DNA of 63,467 nucleotides, counting the filler, from Choristocarpus tenellus KU-1152 (taxonomy: Eukaryota; Protista; Phaeophyceae), in the NCBI GenBank assembly GCA_964200185.2. It is 14 parts of 14 records of this genome, joined end to end, with 100 filler letters (N's around TTAATTAATTAA, not from the genome) between each part and the next. Parts side by side here need not be neighbours in the genome. Positions count along the whole stretch, not along the records: positions 1 to 6,931 come from CAXNAD020007033.1; positions 7,032 to 11,286 come from CAXNAD020015458.1; 12 more parts are not named here. The stretch is one strand, 5' to 3'. The translations under genes and the position numbers were made by a program. Positions 1-10,867 of this stretch are shown piece by piece (positions within the stretch are counted from its first letter, which is position 1; each line of letters starts with the position of its first letter). The notes under the pieces are model-generated. The model searched no databases. It was not told the origin of the DNA and was given only the letters and a program-made list of their open reading frames with translations.

Positions 1-1953
1 ATATCACCTAACTGAAGAGAAAACCTGATAAGCCCCATGATGGTCAAAGCACTGCCATCTGCAGAACAAAGATTGATTTCACCTGGTGGAATTGTTTTTT
101 TATGGGAATTCTGGAGCGTAGAGTGGGAACTTAGAAATTTGTGAGAAATACATGGTATGTCATTCGCAGTGTCCAAGGTCAATGTGGCTGGTTCAGAACT
201 ATTTTTCCCTCAACACGTATACGTTTGGATGATGATTTATACACAAAGGAAGAGATGCATACTGTGACAATGCACTGGAATACCATGAGAAAGTATTTTT
301 ATTATTAGACTTCTGATCTGCATCTAAACGAAAAATTGGATGTGAAGCATGTTTATTCTGGATATGTTGAGGAAAATACTGCACTTGGGGAGCCAATGCT
401 GCGGTAGATGAACCATGTTTCGCTCATTTTACAACCCCGTCAACTCTTATACTAGAGTCGACTTCAGACCCAAAAAAACTACAGGGGTTATTGTCTTCCG
501 GGCCCCATCAATTCTTACTATACTTTCTAGCTTTAGCCTCATCAATCTTTTTCTGTCTTTCCTCTTCCGAAACTCGTACTGGTGCTCCTGGCATATCGAC
601 ATAATCCCAACACCACACCCACACGTGGTTTTTAAACTTCTGTTTACAAAAGGGGTTCTCGCAGGTAACACGATGTGATGCACGATCTTCCTGTCGACGT
701 TTGACTCCTTGTTGGCGACCATGTGAAGAGGGCATCGGAGGGGACGTCGGAGGGGACGTCGGAGGGGACGTCGAAGAAGCGTGGTTGTTGCTTGAATGTC
801 CAATGAAATGTCGATTTAAATTTCGAACTTCTCGTTCACAAGCCGCTTATTGGTTGCTTGTAGTGCCGCAATCTTAGCCAAAGGGAGCGTAGGCTGTGCG
901 GAGTGACCGGTGGAAATAGCAGAAACAGCAGTCGGAACAGTCGGCGGAGTCGAAGGAACAGGGGCAAGTGCATGGGCATGTCCTCTTCCTGTTAGATTGT
1001 TGACTTCACGACGTTTAGCGCTAGTGATAGCTTCAGACAATGTAGAAGGGAAATCTTCACTGAGCTGTTTTAGCTGAAGGTGGGGTTGTAGTCCACCTTC
1101 AAAGAGGGCAATCGCGATTTGATCAATATATTTATGGTCGCTAGAATCTGTAGATGAACGATCAACAGTTGCAGTAAATCTACCAAGAAATTGTCGAAAG
1201 CGAAGGGCATATGCTTCAAGGGTTTCATCGTGTTTTTGAGAAATATGAGCCCACTGTCTGCCCCAGTCTCCCATCGCATTCGCGTGACTGAATGTGTTGA
1301 TAAAAACCGTACATAATTGGTCCCAAGTTTTAGGGGCCACAATGGGAACAGGGTCGGTGGAGTTATTCTGCATTTGAATGGTACGTAATTGGGCAGGTGA
1401 GCACCATTCAACTTTGCCTTCCATACTCTGTAAATATAGCATACTGGCATTTGTATCTAAAATCAAAGGCAAATAGGCCATGCACACCCTATCAATGGTT
1501 GACTGGTCACGTTGCGATTCATGAAGTTGAAGTGTGACATGCATACGGAAACTTGTCAGAAGAGTACATCAGTTGCAGTCGAAGGAAGACGCATATCTTT
1601 ACGAAAATTCGCTAATGACATTTTCGGCAAAGCAGTAATGGGGGCAATTGGGGAGGGGATTGCCTTACATCAGTCATGTCCCTCGTCTCTGTCAAGTTCC
1701 GGATGAGGTCCATGTTTGGCGGGCGCTTCTCCTCCACTCCAGCCTTTAACTCGTCATTAATCAGATTTATGCACAGGTCTCCAGTAGACGACGTCACCGA
1801 CGGAGTAGACGGTGGTGCTGTCGGTGTTGTGAGAGACCTTGTGTGGGGTACATGTGCAGACTGAGAAACAGGCGGGGTTGGCGGTAAGGGAGATTGACTC
1901 ATGGGGTGATTATCTGCCGAAATCAGCTGTTGGACCATTCGCTGATCCACCAC
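1..1953 (-). mobile_element. Decayed Ty3/gypsy LTR retrotransposon: gag, zinc knuckle and aspartic protease, truncated at the window start
   Basis: ORF 816..1544 has a Retrotrans_gag-type signature (TWDQLCTVFINTF...QKHDETLEAYALRFRQ...FEGGL). ORF 508..735 has a CCHC-like knuckle (CENPFCKQKFKNHVWVWC). The minus strand at about 1-190 reads TLDTANDIPCISHKFL...LCSADGSALTIMGLIRFSLQLG (retropepsin-like). The pieces are in different frames with stops, so the element is inactive. Confidence 0.85.
735..773. repeat. 12-bp tandem repeat (CGGAGGGGACGT) x ~3 inside gag
   Basis: Read directly from the sequence. Confidence 0.9.
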
Positions 1954-2746
1954 TCGGAACTCTGTGTCTACAAAAATACCAGAGGATTTATGGACTGAAA
2001 GTTTCCTTCCGTCCTATAAGATGACCTCATCAAATGATAAAGGGTCCTGGTCATGAAATGGCGGTAGTAGATGTTCATCTGGTTCATTTTCTTTGAATTC
2101 TTCCGCCATGAAGCTCTGGAAACAGTCTGTGGTTGTCTGGAAGGTACTCTGTCGTCTCCTTGATCAAACTGTACGCCAATCAGACTGATTTGATATATGT
2201 GGCGCTCAAAGTACAGGCAATATACTCAGAGTTTTCCCAAAAAGTACTGTAAAAGTACTCTCTCCCACTTCAAAACGATTGCCGTCGTCGCCACTGTGAA
2301 ACAGATGGAAACGAGCCGACAGGTTCTTAGTGATGAAGGGGAGCGGGAAGACCCACAGGAGGCAAGATCAAAGAGAGAAAAGTCAAAAAGGGAGAGCAAT
2401 CCCTCTGAAGATCACTCAGGAAAGGAGTGTTCAGGTGGTAACTGAACGAGGGGGGTTTGTAAGGTCCCCTCAAACCACCCGATCTTACTTCAAGCAGATA
2501 TATTCAACATGCAAGAACAAATCCATATGAATATCATGATGTTCAAGATAGGTTACCTTCAGGGTATACCTTCTGTGGAAGATGGCAGACTGAAAATTTA
2601 ATGTTGTTGTAGTATAAATACGTACGTAAGGGTAAGTAGAGACATAACATGAAGGTGGTCGTCCTGCGACCGACGACCGATAAAATATGGATGTTGTTCG
2701 TTGGTCTTCAACTCCTCTGACCAGAGTTGGTACTTGAAAAAAAGAG

Positions 2747-4751
2747 ATGGGGAACAAGTCCTCAACTTCGCACTCATCGACGTTCTCCAGAGGCCAGGGG
2801 GTGACGTCGGATATCAGAGATGCCTTGGCAACTATTCCTGGCTCGCAGCCTAAGAATAAGACAGGCAGGTAAGTGGGATGTGTTGATCTTAGATCAATTT
2901 GGAAGCATCTCAAGTATCGATATTCTCGAGTCTAGAATAACAGACGGAGATGGGCGTAAACTACGAAGCTCTTGTGAGATATCACACCGTGCCTGTATGG
3001 CATAGAGTCTCCTGATGTGGTTGACTTACAACTGTGAAGGGCATACCACGAGAAGTATTGGAACCTATGTTTTGAGTGTGCGCCACTTTTCTCGCTCTTC
3101 TCATTTTACAGGAAGGTAACAGCACAGAAAGTGAAGACGGCAGGGGCGACGGGAGTCTTGGCACTGCAGGAGCATGGACTGAAGGAGATACCAGAGGATA
3201 TTTTCCAACTGATTAATCTCAGGGTAAGGATCGTTGGGTACCTGTTCTGGTCTTTCCAGATACAAATGAATTATTATCGGAATGAGGACCCGTTCGATAG
3301 AATTAGGAAGGATTGTGCATATGCGACTGAAGGTTTTGGGCCACTTATTTTAGCTTGGACCCTTCCCTGATTCTGAACTGCCAGTATATCTGGTTTTCAA
3401 AACAAAAATTGCCATAGCATTGACAGGGCAGCGATCAACAATCATCTACCTCACCGTGGTATTTGTGCAAAATAGTTTACCGATACTCTCGATGGCCCCA
3501 TCTATACGGCGTATGAGTCCCACAGACACTCTTGACAATCCTCACTTGGAATCCGTTTCCCGTCCGCAACTCGCAGACGTTAAATCTGGCATCAAATGCT
3601 CTCAAGATAATACCGGGTGCGTTGTGCTCCCTAACCAAATTGAAGACCCTTCGGGTGGACAACAACAAGCTGGAGGTAAGGTAATTAGAGCCTGACATCA
3701 CTGAGAGGAGCGTGCGGAGTTTCCAAAGTCCCAGCAGTGTCGATATTGCGAATTGAGGATACCCTAAGTTCCATGCCAGCTTGATGCGGGATAGAGAGAT
3801 TATCATTCTCTGTTTATACTGTATTTGCGCAGACCTTGTTCGATCAGCCTTACGCACGTGTAGGCGGTTACCTCAGCTCTTCCAAAACTGCTCCTACTTG
3901 CCCTTGAACCCTTGATAGTACTCTTACTACATCTTTTTCTCGCATTTTTCTTGTGGTGTTCAGACGCTGCCTGATCTGAGTGCCCTTTTGGCGTTGACTG
4001 ATTTGTCAGCTCGAGGAAATCACTTGCAGGGGGCAAATGCTCTTGGGCCCCTTCCTCCCAGCCTGATCAAGCTTGGTCTGCAGGGGAATCAATTAGGAGG
4101 GTTCCCGGCTTCAGTTCTTGAGGGGCTGCTCCAGCTGCAGGTGCATGATTCCCTTTGGATCTGTTAGGCTGAAAAATCGAAAATCTGTGACAAACTGCTA
4201 CTTATCTTAGTATAGTTTACACGGCATTCTTCATCCCTTGTGTTTCCATGAATGTCTTTGGTTCAAGAACCTCTGGAAGATCGCTCTTACGAAACGAGTG
4301 CAGGTTTGTGTATGACTCAATCAATACAAGGCCAACGCCATCCTAACAGTACGTGCACACGCTCATGTCCCGCGGGTTTCAATATGCGGCGGTGGATAAT
4401 AACAAAAATACTCAAAAAACATAATAATACGATTCCTCTCTTCGAATGTGGAAGGTCCTAAGATCTACAAAACAAAGGCGATAGCTACCCTCACGCAAAC
4501 AAAATTCCTCCTCCCTTAACACCACCAACTCCTTGCTCGTCGTCACAACCCTGCAGGTGCTGGATCTCTCCGAGAACGGCATAGTGTTTGTGCCGGCACT
4601 TTCCCCGTGCCTGCCATTGCTGGTGGAGCTGTCGCTAGATTCGAATTCAATCGGCTCGCTGGGAGGAGACATTGCTGGGCTGAGAAAGCTGAAAAAGCTG
4701 TCCTTGAGGAGAAATAGAATTGGGTCCAAGAATGGCATTGACGGACAACAG
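2747..4751 (+). CDS. LRRC57-like leucine-rich repeat protein with N-myristoylation motif (3' exons not found)
   Basis: Phase-compatible GT-AG exons 2747-2868, 3112-3223, 3577-3675, 3964-4140, 4557-4751 give MGNKSS...KVKTAGATGVLALQEHGLKEIPEDIFQLINLR|TLNLASNALKIIP...LKTLRVDNNKLE|TLPDLS...LIKLGLQGNQL...|VLDLSENGI...LSLDSNSI...LSLRRNRI. LxxLxLxxN repeats are clear; the 'KTA..TGV..L...GL.E.P' N-terminus resembles LRRC57. Confidence 0.85.
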
Positions 4752-4874
4752 GTGCTCTGTATTTTAAGCATTACACTGTAACGCTTCCGTGCATTTATCG
4801 GTTGTTATTATGTGCTGTTCTTAGAGGTACACCTTGTGCTGTCGCTCCTACTGTACCTTTTTGTGGTGTGCTGC

Positions 4875-4899
4875 TATATATATATATATATATATATAT
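4875..4899. repeat. (TA)n microsatellite
   Basis: Read directly from the sequence. Confidence 0.9.
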
Positions 4900-5133
4900 T
4901 ATACGTCTAATATAATTGTGTATGTTGTTCTTGGCATCAGCGGAGGGGATAGATGACTCCTATTTTTCTTTACATGTTTGATTGAGGCAGTTGGCCCTGC
5001 TGAGCTTGACAAAAAACCAAGGTTAACTAGGGATAGATGCGGATGCGAATGCCCAGAACCACAAGCAACTCTGTTTTATGTCTTACCAGTGCTAGCGGTG
5101 CCTTGGTTTGAGATGCCTTTTTTCCTACACCAT

Positions 5134-5144
5134 TGTGTATGTGT

Positions 5145-5182
<38 letters not shown>
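5134..5182. repeat. (TG)n microsatellite, interrupted by a MITE
   Basis: TG run stops at 5182 and resumes at 5443 after the MITE. Confidence 0.85.
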
Positions 5183-5184
<2 letters not shown>

Positions 5185-5442
5185 CTGAAAGTATCTTATA
5201 GGGTACAAATTTTTACCTGTTTGTCCATTTGGGGCTTGACTTCCCATGGGATTTTTTAATGACATTATATTACTCCAAAATGTTCAGGAGTAGGTAAAAT
5301 GTGTATGTTATTAAAAGGTGTGTCCAGAACATGGATATTGACACTTCCTAACAAACACGATAGCCAAAATTACATCGAAATCGCAGCATTTAATTATGGT
5401 TCCCAAATGGACGCGGCGCTACCCTCTAAGATAATTTGGCTC
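5183..5442 (-). mobile_element. MITE, type A copy (~260 bp)
   Basis: Ends GACTGAAAGTATCTTATAGGGTA and TACCCTCTAAGATAATTTGGCTC form an imperfect TIR. The interior is the reverse complement of the copy at 19418-19675. Confidence 0.85.
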
Positions 5443-6931
5443 TGTGTGTGTATGTTCGTTTGTATATGTGTTTTGTATATATATATTTTTATTTTCTGAG
5501 TTTGAGGAAAGTCTGGAGTAGATCCAGACCAGGGTCTTTTTTGCCCCCTATTTTGCAAGCTGCCCACAGTATACATTTTACAACTTTTTGCAGACTTACT
5601 TTTAAAGTGCGGGTGTACTGCTGCGTGAGGGTTAGGGTTAGGGTTTGTGCTGTCTCTCTGTTGTGGACTCTTTTCAGTTGCTTGCAGTGGACCCCTGCAA
5701 AATTAATCGAAATTTCCTCGTTTTTATTTTTCTGGAAAGGTTTTTTATTTTTTATGTTTGCTCATCGGGTATCAAATGTTTAGGGTTAGGGTTAGGGGCT
5801 GTGGCAGGTCGTGGGATTCTGCACAAAAGAGATAAGAGCAGTATTGCGCTATTGCCCTGAAGTGGAAAGATCACAAGAGCCCTGCTAATATTGAATATCT
5901 TTCTATTTATTTGCCACTTGACATTTCAAATACATCTATTTATTTACCACTTGACATTTTTAATACATCTTTCTATTTTCTTACCACTTGACATTTGAAA
6001 CCGATGCTGAAGGAAGTATGACACAAGTGTTTTGACTTACAAAAAAAAAGTGATAAAAAAAACAATAATTCTGTTCGCCTTGTTCAATTCTCCTGGGAAG
6101 AGGCATGAGCTGGTTGACCTTTGGAAGGGAAATAATAATGGTTTTTAATGATGGAATAATAATGCTTCCATGTGTGTGGCATCTATATATCGGTATATTG
6201 GTTCTTTTTCTCCAGCTGTACAACATCGAATGATCATCGCTCTTGGCAGTGTGCTACCTTAAAGGTTGCCTTCTGTTTCCTGAAGGTGATCCTTACAATT
6301 CATAATCTTTGCAAATATATAATTAAACAAGGCAGTCCTGACGCTCCCGATATTTAAATATCCTACTGCATGTAACAGTCCAGAATTTTCTGAGATATTT
6401 CCTAATTACTACGTAGAATGATTTATGTATTTGCCCACTGGCACTCGGCAAGTATTGTAATCAGGAGAATGGTTCTTGTTTTGTGCCACAAACATATATA
6501 TATATATATATATACATATTATTTTTTTCTTTATTTTGTTGATGAATTGCATTATATATATATTGTCCCACCTTTTTAGGATAAGGGTTTCGGCAGATCA
6601 TGATGTGTGTCCACCAAAGGCCTCACATGTATACATTCGTTGACAGTCAACTCACATCTTGACTTGAAATGCCACAATAGATGAGGGAGGCAGCCAGAGG
6701 CACTGACTGATTGACGACAGGGCTTTGATTATTTTGTCTCAAGTCTAGCGAAGGTTATACACCATGCTGTTGTTACTTCAGCCTTACTGGTGTCACTGTA
6801 TGTTTACACTATTTACACTATTTGTAGTAGCGAGACATGGCACTCTGGCAGCTAATGGCACCTTGATGACCCCGAGCAAACCTCATTCCTGGGTCAAAGT
6901 ATCTGGAGGGGGGGGGGGTGGTTTGTGAGGG

Positions 6932-7031
6932 NNNNNNNNNNNNNNNNNNNNNNNNNNNNNNNNNNNNNNNNNNNNTTAATTAATTAANNNNNNNNNNNNN
7001 NNNNNNNNNNNNNNNNNNNNNNNNNNNNNNN
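6932..7031. other. Artificial contig spacer N44-TTAATTAATTAA-N44 (first of 13)
   Basis: The identical 100-bp spacer recurs at 11287-11386, 17356-17455, 20556-20655, 26165-26264, 30726-30825, 35702-35801, 38345-38444, 42903-43002, 46023-46122, 51711-51810, 55455-55554 and 58985-59084. The core gives TAA stops in all six frames. Confidence 0.98.
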
Positions 7032-7658
7032 GAAAAAATCAACGTGGCACAAAAACCCTCCCCCGTCTGTCACACAATAACCTTCCCCCCCCCCCCCCCC
7101 CCGCCCCCGCCTTCACTCTTAGAAGTCATAAACTTCTCTAATTCAAAAATCATAAAAGGAAAGTGGTCCTCACCAGATCCACCACACTGAATAAACACCC
7201 CTTGGTCCTCAAGAGTAAAAATAAAAAGGTAAACAAGGTTGGCAGCTTTTTGGCAGCTTTGAAAAGAAAAAATATATGAGGTAGGTTGTATGCCCAGAAC
7301 CGCTCTTTTTTTTTAATAATTGACAACAGAAAACTAAAAACAAATAAAGGTAAGGCCATTGGACAAAAAGAACTATGTTTCAAATATGATCAAACATCAC
7401 ACATCACACATCACACACAGCCCCCCAACTCTCTCAATCACCAAACTGCATACCAAATAGCATACCAAATAGCATACCAAATAGCATCAATACCGTAATA
7501 TCAGGAAGATCGTTGTACCAGCAGAAGACTCAAATAATAAAAAAATCAAACCATAAAAATGCAACCAAAAACTACAGCACGAGCACCTCTCACTAAAATG
7601 CAGATTAAAAAAAATTAAAAAACAGATCAAGAGGGTAAGGGGGGGGGGGGAAGGGCAC

Positions 7659-10524
7659 CTGCGGAGGACGGTGACGTTCATGATGGCCCATGCCTGGCTA
7701 GTGAGTGTTCCATTGTTCCGATAGACTTCTCTTCCCATTTGAGCCCCCATGGTGATCGGCATGTCAGCCACCACCAGCTGGGTATTACATGGGGACACTG
7801 AATATGTTAGAATGTACACACTCAGTAGGAGGGGCAGGGGAGGTAGACTAAGGCAGTGTACGGAGGGGAGGATGGGAGCTGACGATGACTTTCACTTGAA
7901 GCAGCGATCAGACTCAAAATAAATAAAATGAATAAATAGATAAAATGAATAAAATAGATAAAATGAATAATAGATAAAATGAATAAAATAGATAAAATGA
8001 ATAAATAGATAAATAAATAAATAGATAAAATGAATAAATAGATAAAATGAATAAATAGATAAAATAAATAAATAGATAGAATGAATAAATAGATAAAATA
8101 AATTAATAGATAGCGCTTTGATATTTGAGTTCAGCACGGCTGTTCAACTTACAGGCATATTCCTTCAGCCCTCCAGTAAAATGTACATACATACATACAC
8201 CCTCCATCCTCCCCACAGGTCAGGCAACCACATCAAAAAAACAAATTACAGTTCAGATGTGATGGATCTACTGATGTACTCTACATACAAGCACATACTA
8301 CTTTATCTTATTCTCCACCAAGGCATACAAGAGACTTGTTCCCCACAAGTAACTCACAATTTTCCGAAATTTGTCCTCTAGACAAGCACCACAATTTTCC
8401 ACGATAATACGATTTTTCCCTCCAACTTACAGCTGGTATGTTTACCAAAAATAACACAAAGTCCATCCACACAAACGCCCCCCCCTTCTCAGCAATCAAC
8501 AGTCAACAATCATTAATCAATAATAATATTCAAGAACAATAATCAATAATCAACAATCAATCATCAGCAACGGATGTGTCCAACACATCACATAAAAACA
8601 CACTCCTATACTCCAAAGGAGATGACTAATGAAAATTTCAACAGCATACAATTTAATTGTATGCAAATAAGCATAGCCTGTCCATCCATGCCAAGACCAA
8701 GGAGAGGCACGTCAACACAGAAAAAAAAAAATCACATCGAGTCGTCCTAGGTGACAGTTACAGGTATCACATCATTACAAGTTTCATGTTTCTCACACCA
8801 AAATCAAGCGAACAAAATGAGAATAATAAAAAAGACACCAAGAGTCAGTTACATCAGGTTCTTTCTCGTGTTTCACATTTATTTTTTTAGGGGAAGGAGG
8901 GAGGCACTTTCAGTTTGTGTATAATATTTATTGTTGTACTCCCTCTGTCCTACATAAAATAAGTCTGCGCCTTTATGCGTGTACCTCTTCGGGACGGCCT
9001 CCAATTAAAAAAAACAACAACGAATTCTTACATTGGATTCCTTTGACGTTTTTTTTTTCCATTAGATCCCCACCTTTTCTCGCTTTCAGTCAATTAATAA
9101 TAAAATAAAAATATAATTCATATTCAACGTCATCGATACACCTAACCAATTCAGTGCCTTCTTGTGGACCCTATCTATGCCCGCCTAACTTCTGTTCCAT
9201 GTTTTAAGAACAATTTCGTGACGTACGTCTATTTTTTCAAATATATCTCATCTGTACGTAAATTGTTCCGAGGAATCCAACGCAAAAATCCTTTTTTTTT
9301 TAAATCGGAAGCCATCCCGAAGCGGTGCATGTTTAAAGGCACAGACTTCCGGGGCAGAGGGAGTATTAAATTATTATTATTAATAATATTGCTATCCCAA
9401 CTGCATCCACCACATCCTTCTATTGGGAAAAATATTTTCAATTTAGAGCTGGTGTCAATACGTGAGAGAGTCGGTTCTCTCTTTTGTTTTTATTTTTCAA
9501 ACCTTGTTATCGGTCATCATTTTATTTTTTGTTTGAAAGACGCCGCTGGAAAAATTATGACAAAAAGCTAAAAAAAAAAAGGGATTAGGAATGAAAAGTA
9601 CTGTTCTTCAACAAAAAAAGAGATTAGGAATGAAAAGTAATGCTCTTCAACAAAAAAAAAGGAAGCAGCACATGATCTTTACGTTGCTGCCAACCAACCA
9701 AACCAACCAAACCAACCACAGGAACCAATCAGCCATGGAACAAAACCACTGCGTCCCTCATATATATATATACCCCAATCGAGCCACACTACTTTACATA
9801 TGTACTATTGGTAGAACACTATTGGTAGAACACTATTGGTAGAACACTATTGGTAGAATACTATTGGTAAAACCATTTTAGTCCCACAGCAAGCCTATCC
9901 CGCATCAGGGCATGGAACCTTCTAGAAAAATGTCTCGTGTCACAAAAAAAAATGGATAAAGAATTAATTGTATTGCATATTGTGTACAACTTGACAACAA
10001 TTCAAAAAATGTACTTACCGCTTGTAAGTACCCCCTTTTTTTTCTTTTATGTAATCGATCAGAGCAGGGAAGAAAAAGTAGACAAAAAAAAACATCACAC
10101 CGATTCTGAAAATGAATCTTAGATTCCCATCGAGTGAGTATGGGGGAGATCAGCGGATTGGTGAGACGTTAAAAGGTATACCTCCAATATGCCTACTACA
10201 CTTGTGACAGCATACAGTGAATACCTTGTACTTGTACAAACAATCACTTTCCTTCGCCGCAGTAGGTTAGTCATGCTGTTAGTCATACTGTTCCACCAAC
10301 TACATCAATTCTATCTTTACTTCCATGAACCAGAAGCTTGATAAACCCACTCGACAATACCCAAAATCCACTCCCCAAGGAAGATAATCCTTTCTGACAT
10401 CACCTTCACTTTCCCATCCTACATCCCACATCCCACATAGTGTGGAGTCATTTACTAAATAATATGAAATAAATACTGGGTACACTCCAGTCACTCTAAA
10501 ATGTTTCCGTCGGAGACCACAAAC

Positions 10525-10564
<40 letters not shown>

Positions 10565-10867
10565 ACAACCACCCCCCACCCCCCCCCCCGCNNNNNNNNN
10601 NTTTTCCAAAAAAAAAAAAAAAAACACGGGGTTCCCCCCCCACGCCCTGAAATTGTTCCCCCGGGAGCCCCCAACCCCCCCCCCCCCCCCCCCCCCCCCC
10701 CAACCCACCTGGGAATCAACCACCTTAGAGCCCCGTGCTGGAAGAGTCACCCCTCCATCCACAAAGGGCACTGTAATGATTCCAAAGGCGTTTTCCTGCC
10801 CACTAAGATCATCATGAAACATAATCATTTCTATAGACTTGAGTGTAGCAGGCAAGTAGTTGGGATT
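7659..10867 (-). CDS. Internal exons of a LEA_2/NDR1-HIN1-like domain protein
   Basis: Exons 10867-10709 and 7777-7659 have AG/GT ends and a phase-0 join: NPNYLPATLKSIEMIMF...FG...GGVTLPARGSKVVDSQ|LVVADMPITMGAQMGREVYRNNGTLTSQAWAIMNVTVLR. The 'NPN...lPARgs..v' pattern is typical of LEA_2. Confidence 0.6.
7916..8110. repeat. AT-rich degenerate minisatellite (unit ~ATAAAATGAATAAATAG)
   Basis: Read directly; lies in the LEA_2-like intron. Confidence 0.9.
9581..9660. repeat. ~39-bp direct duplication (GATTAGGAATGAAAAGTA.TG.TCTTCAACAAAAAAA x2)
   Basis: Read directly from the sequence. Confidence 0.8.
9806..9869. repeat. 14-bp tandem repeat (TATTGGTAGAACAC) x ~4.5
   Basis: Read directly from the sequence. 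Confidence 0.9.

Noticed and set aside
6976-6987. Regularly recurring TTAATTAATTAA as a biological repeat or recombination site
   Set aside because: Always centred in exactly 44+44 Ns; it is a synthetic linker.
9806-9869. CRISPR-like arrays (also 35583-35650 and 7916-8110)
   Set aside because: Head-to-tail tandem units with no unique spacers, no cas genes, eukaryotic context.
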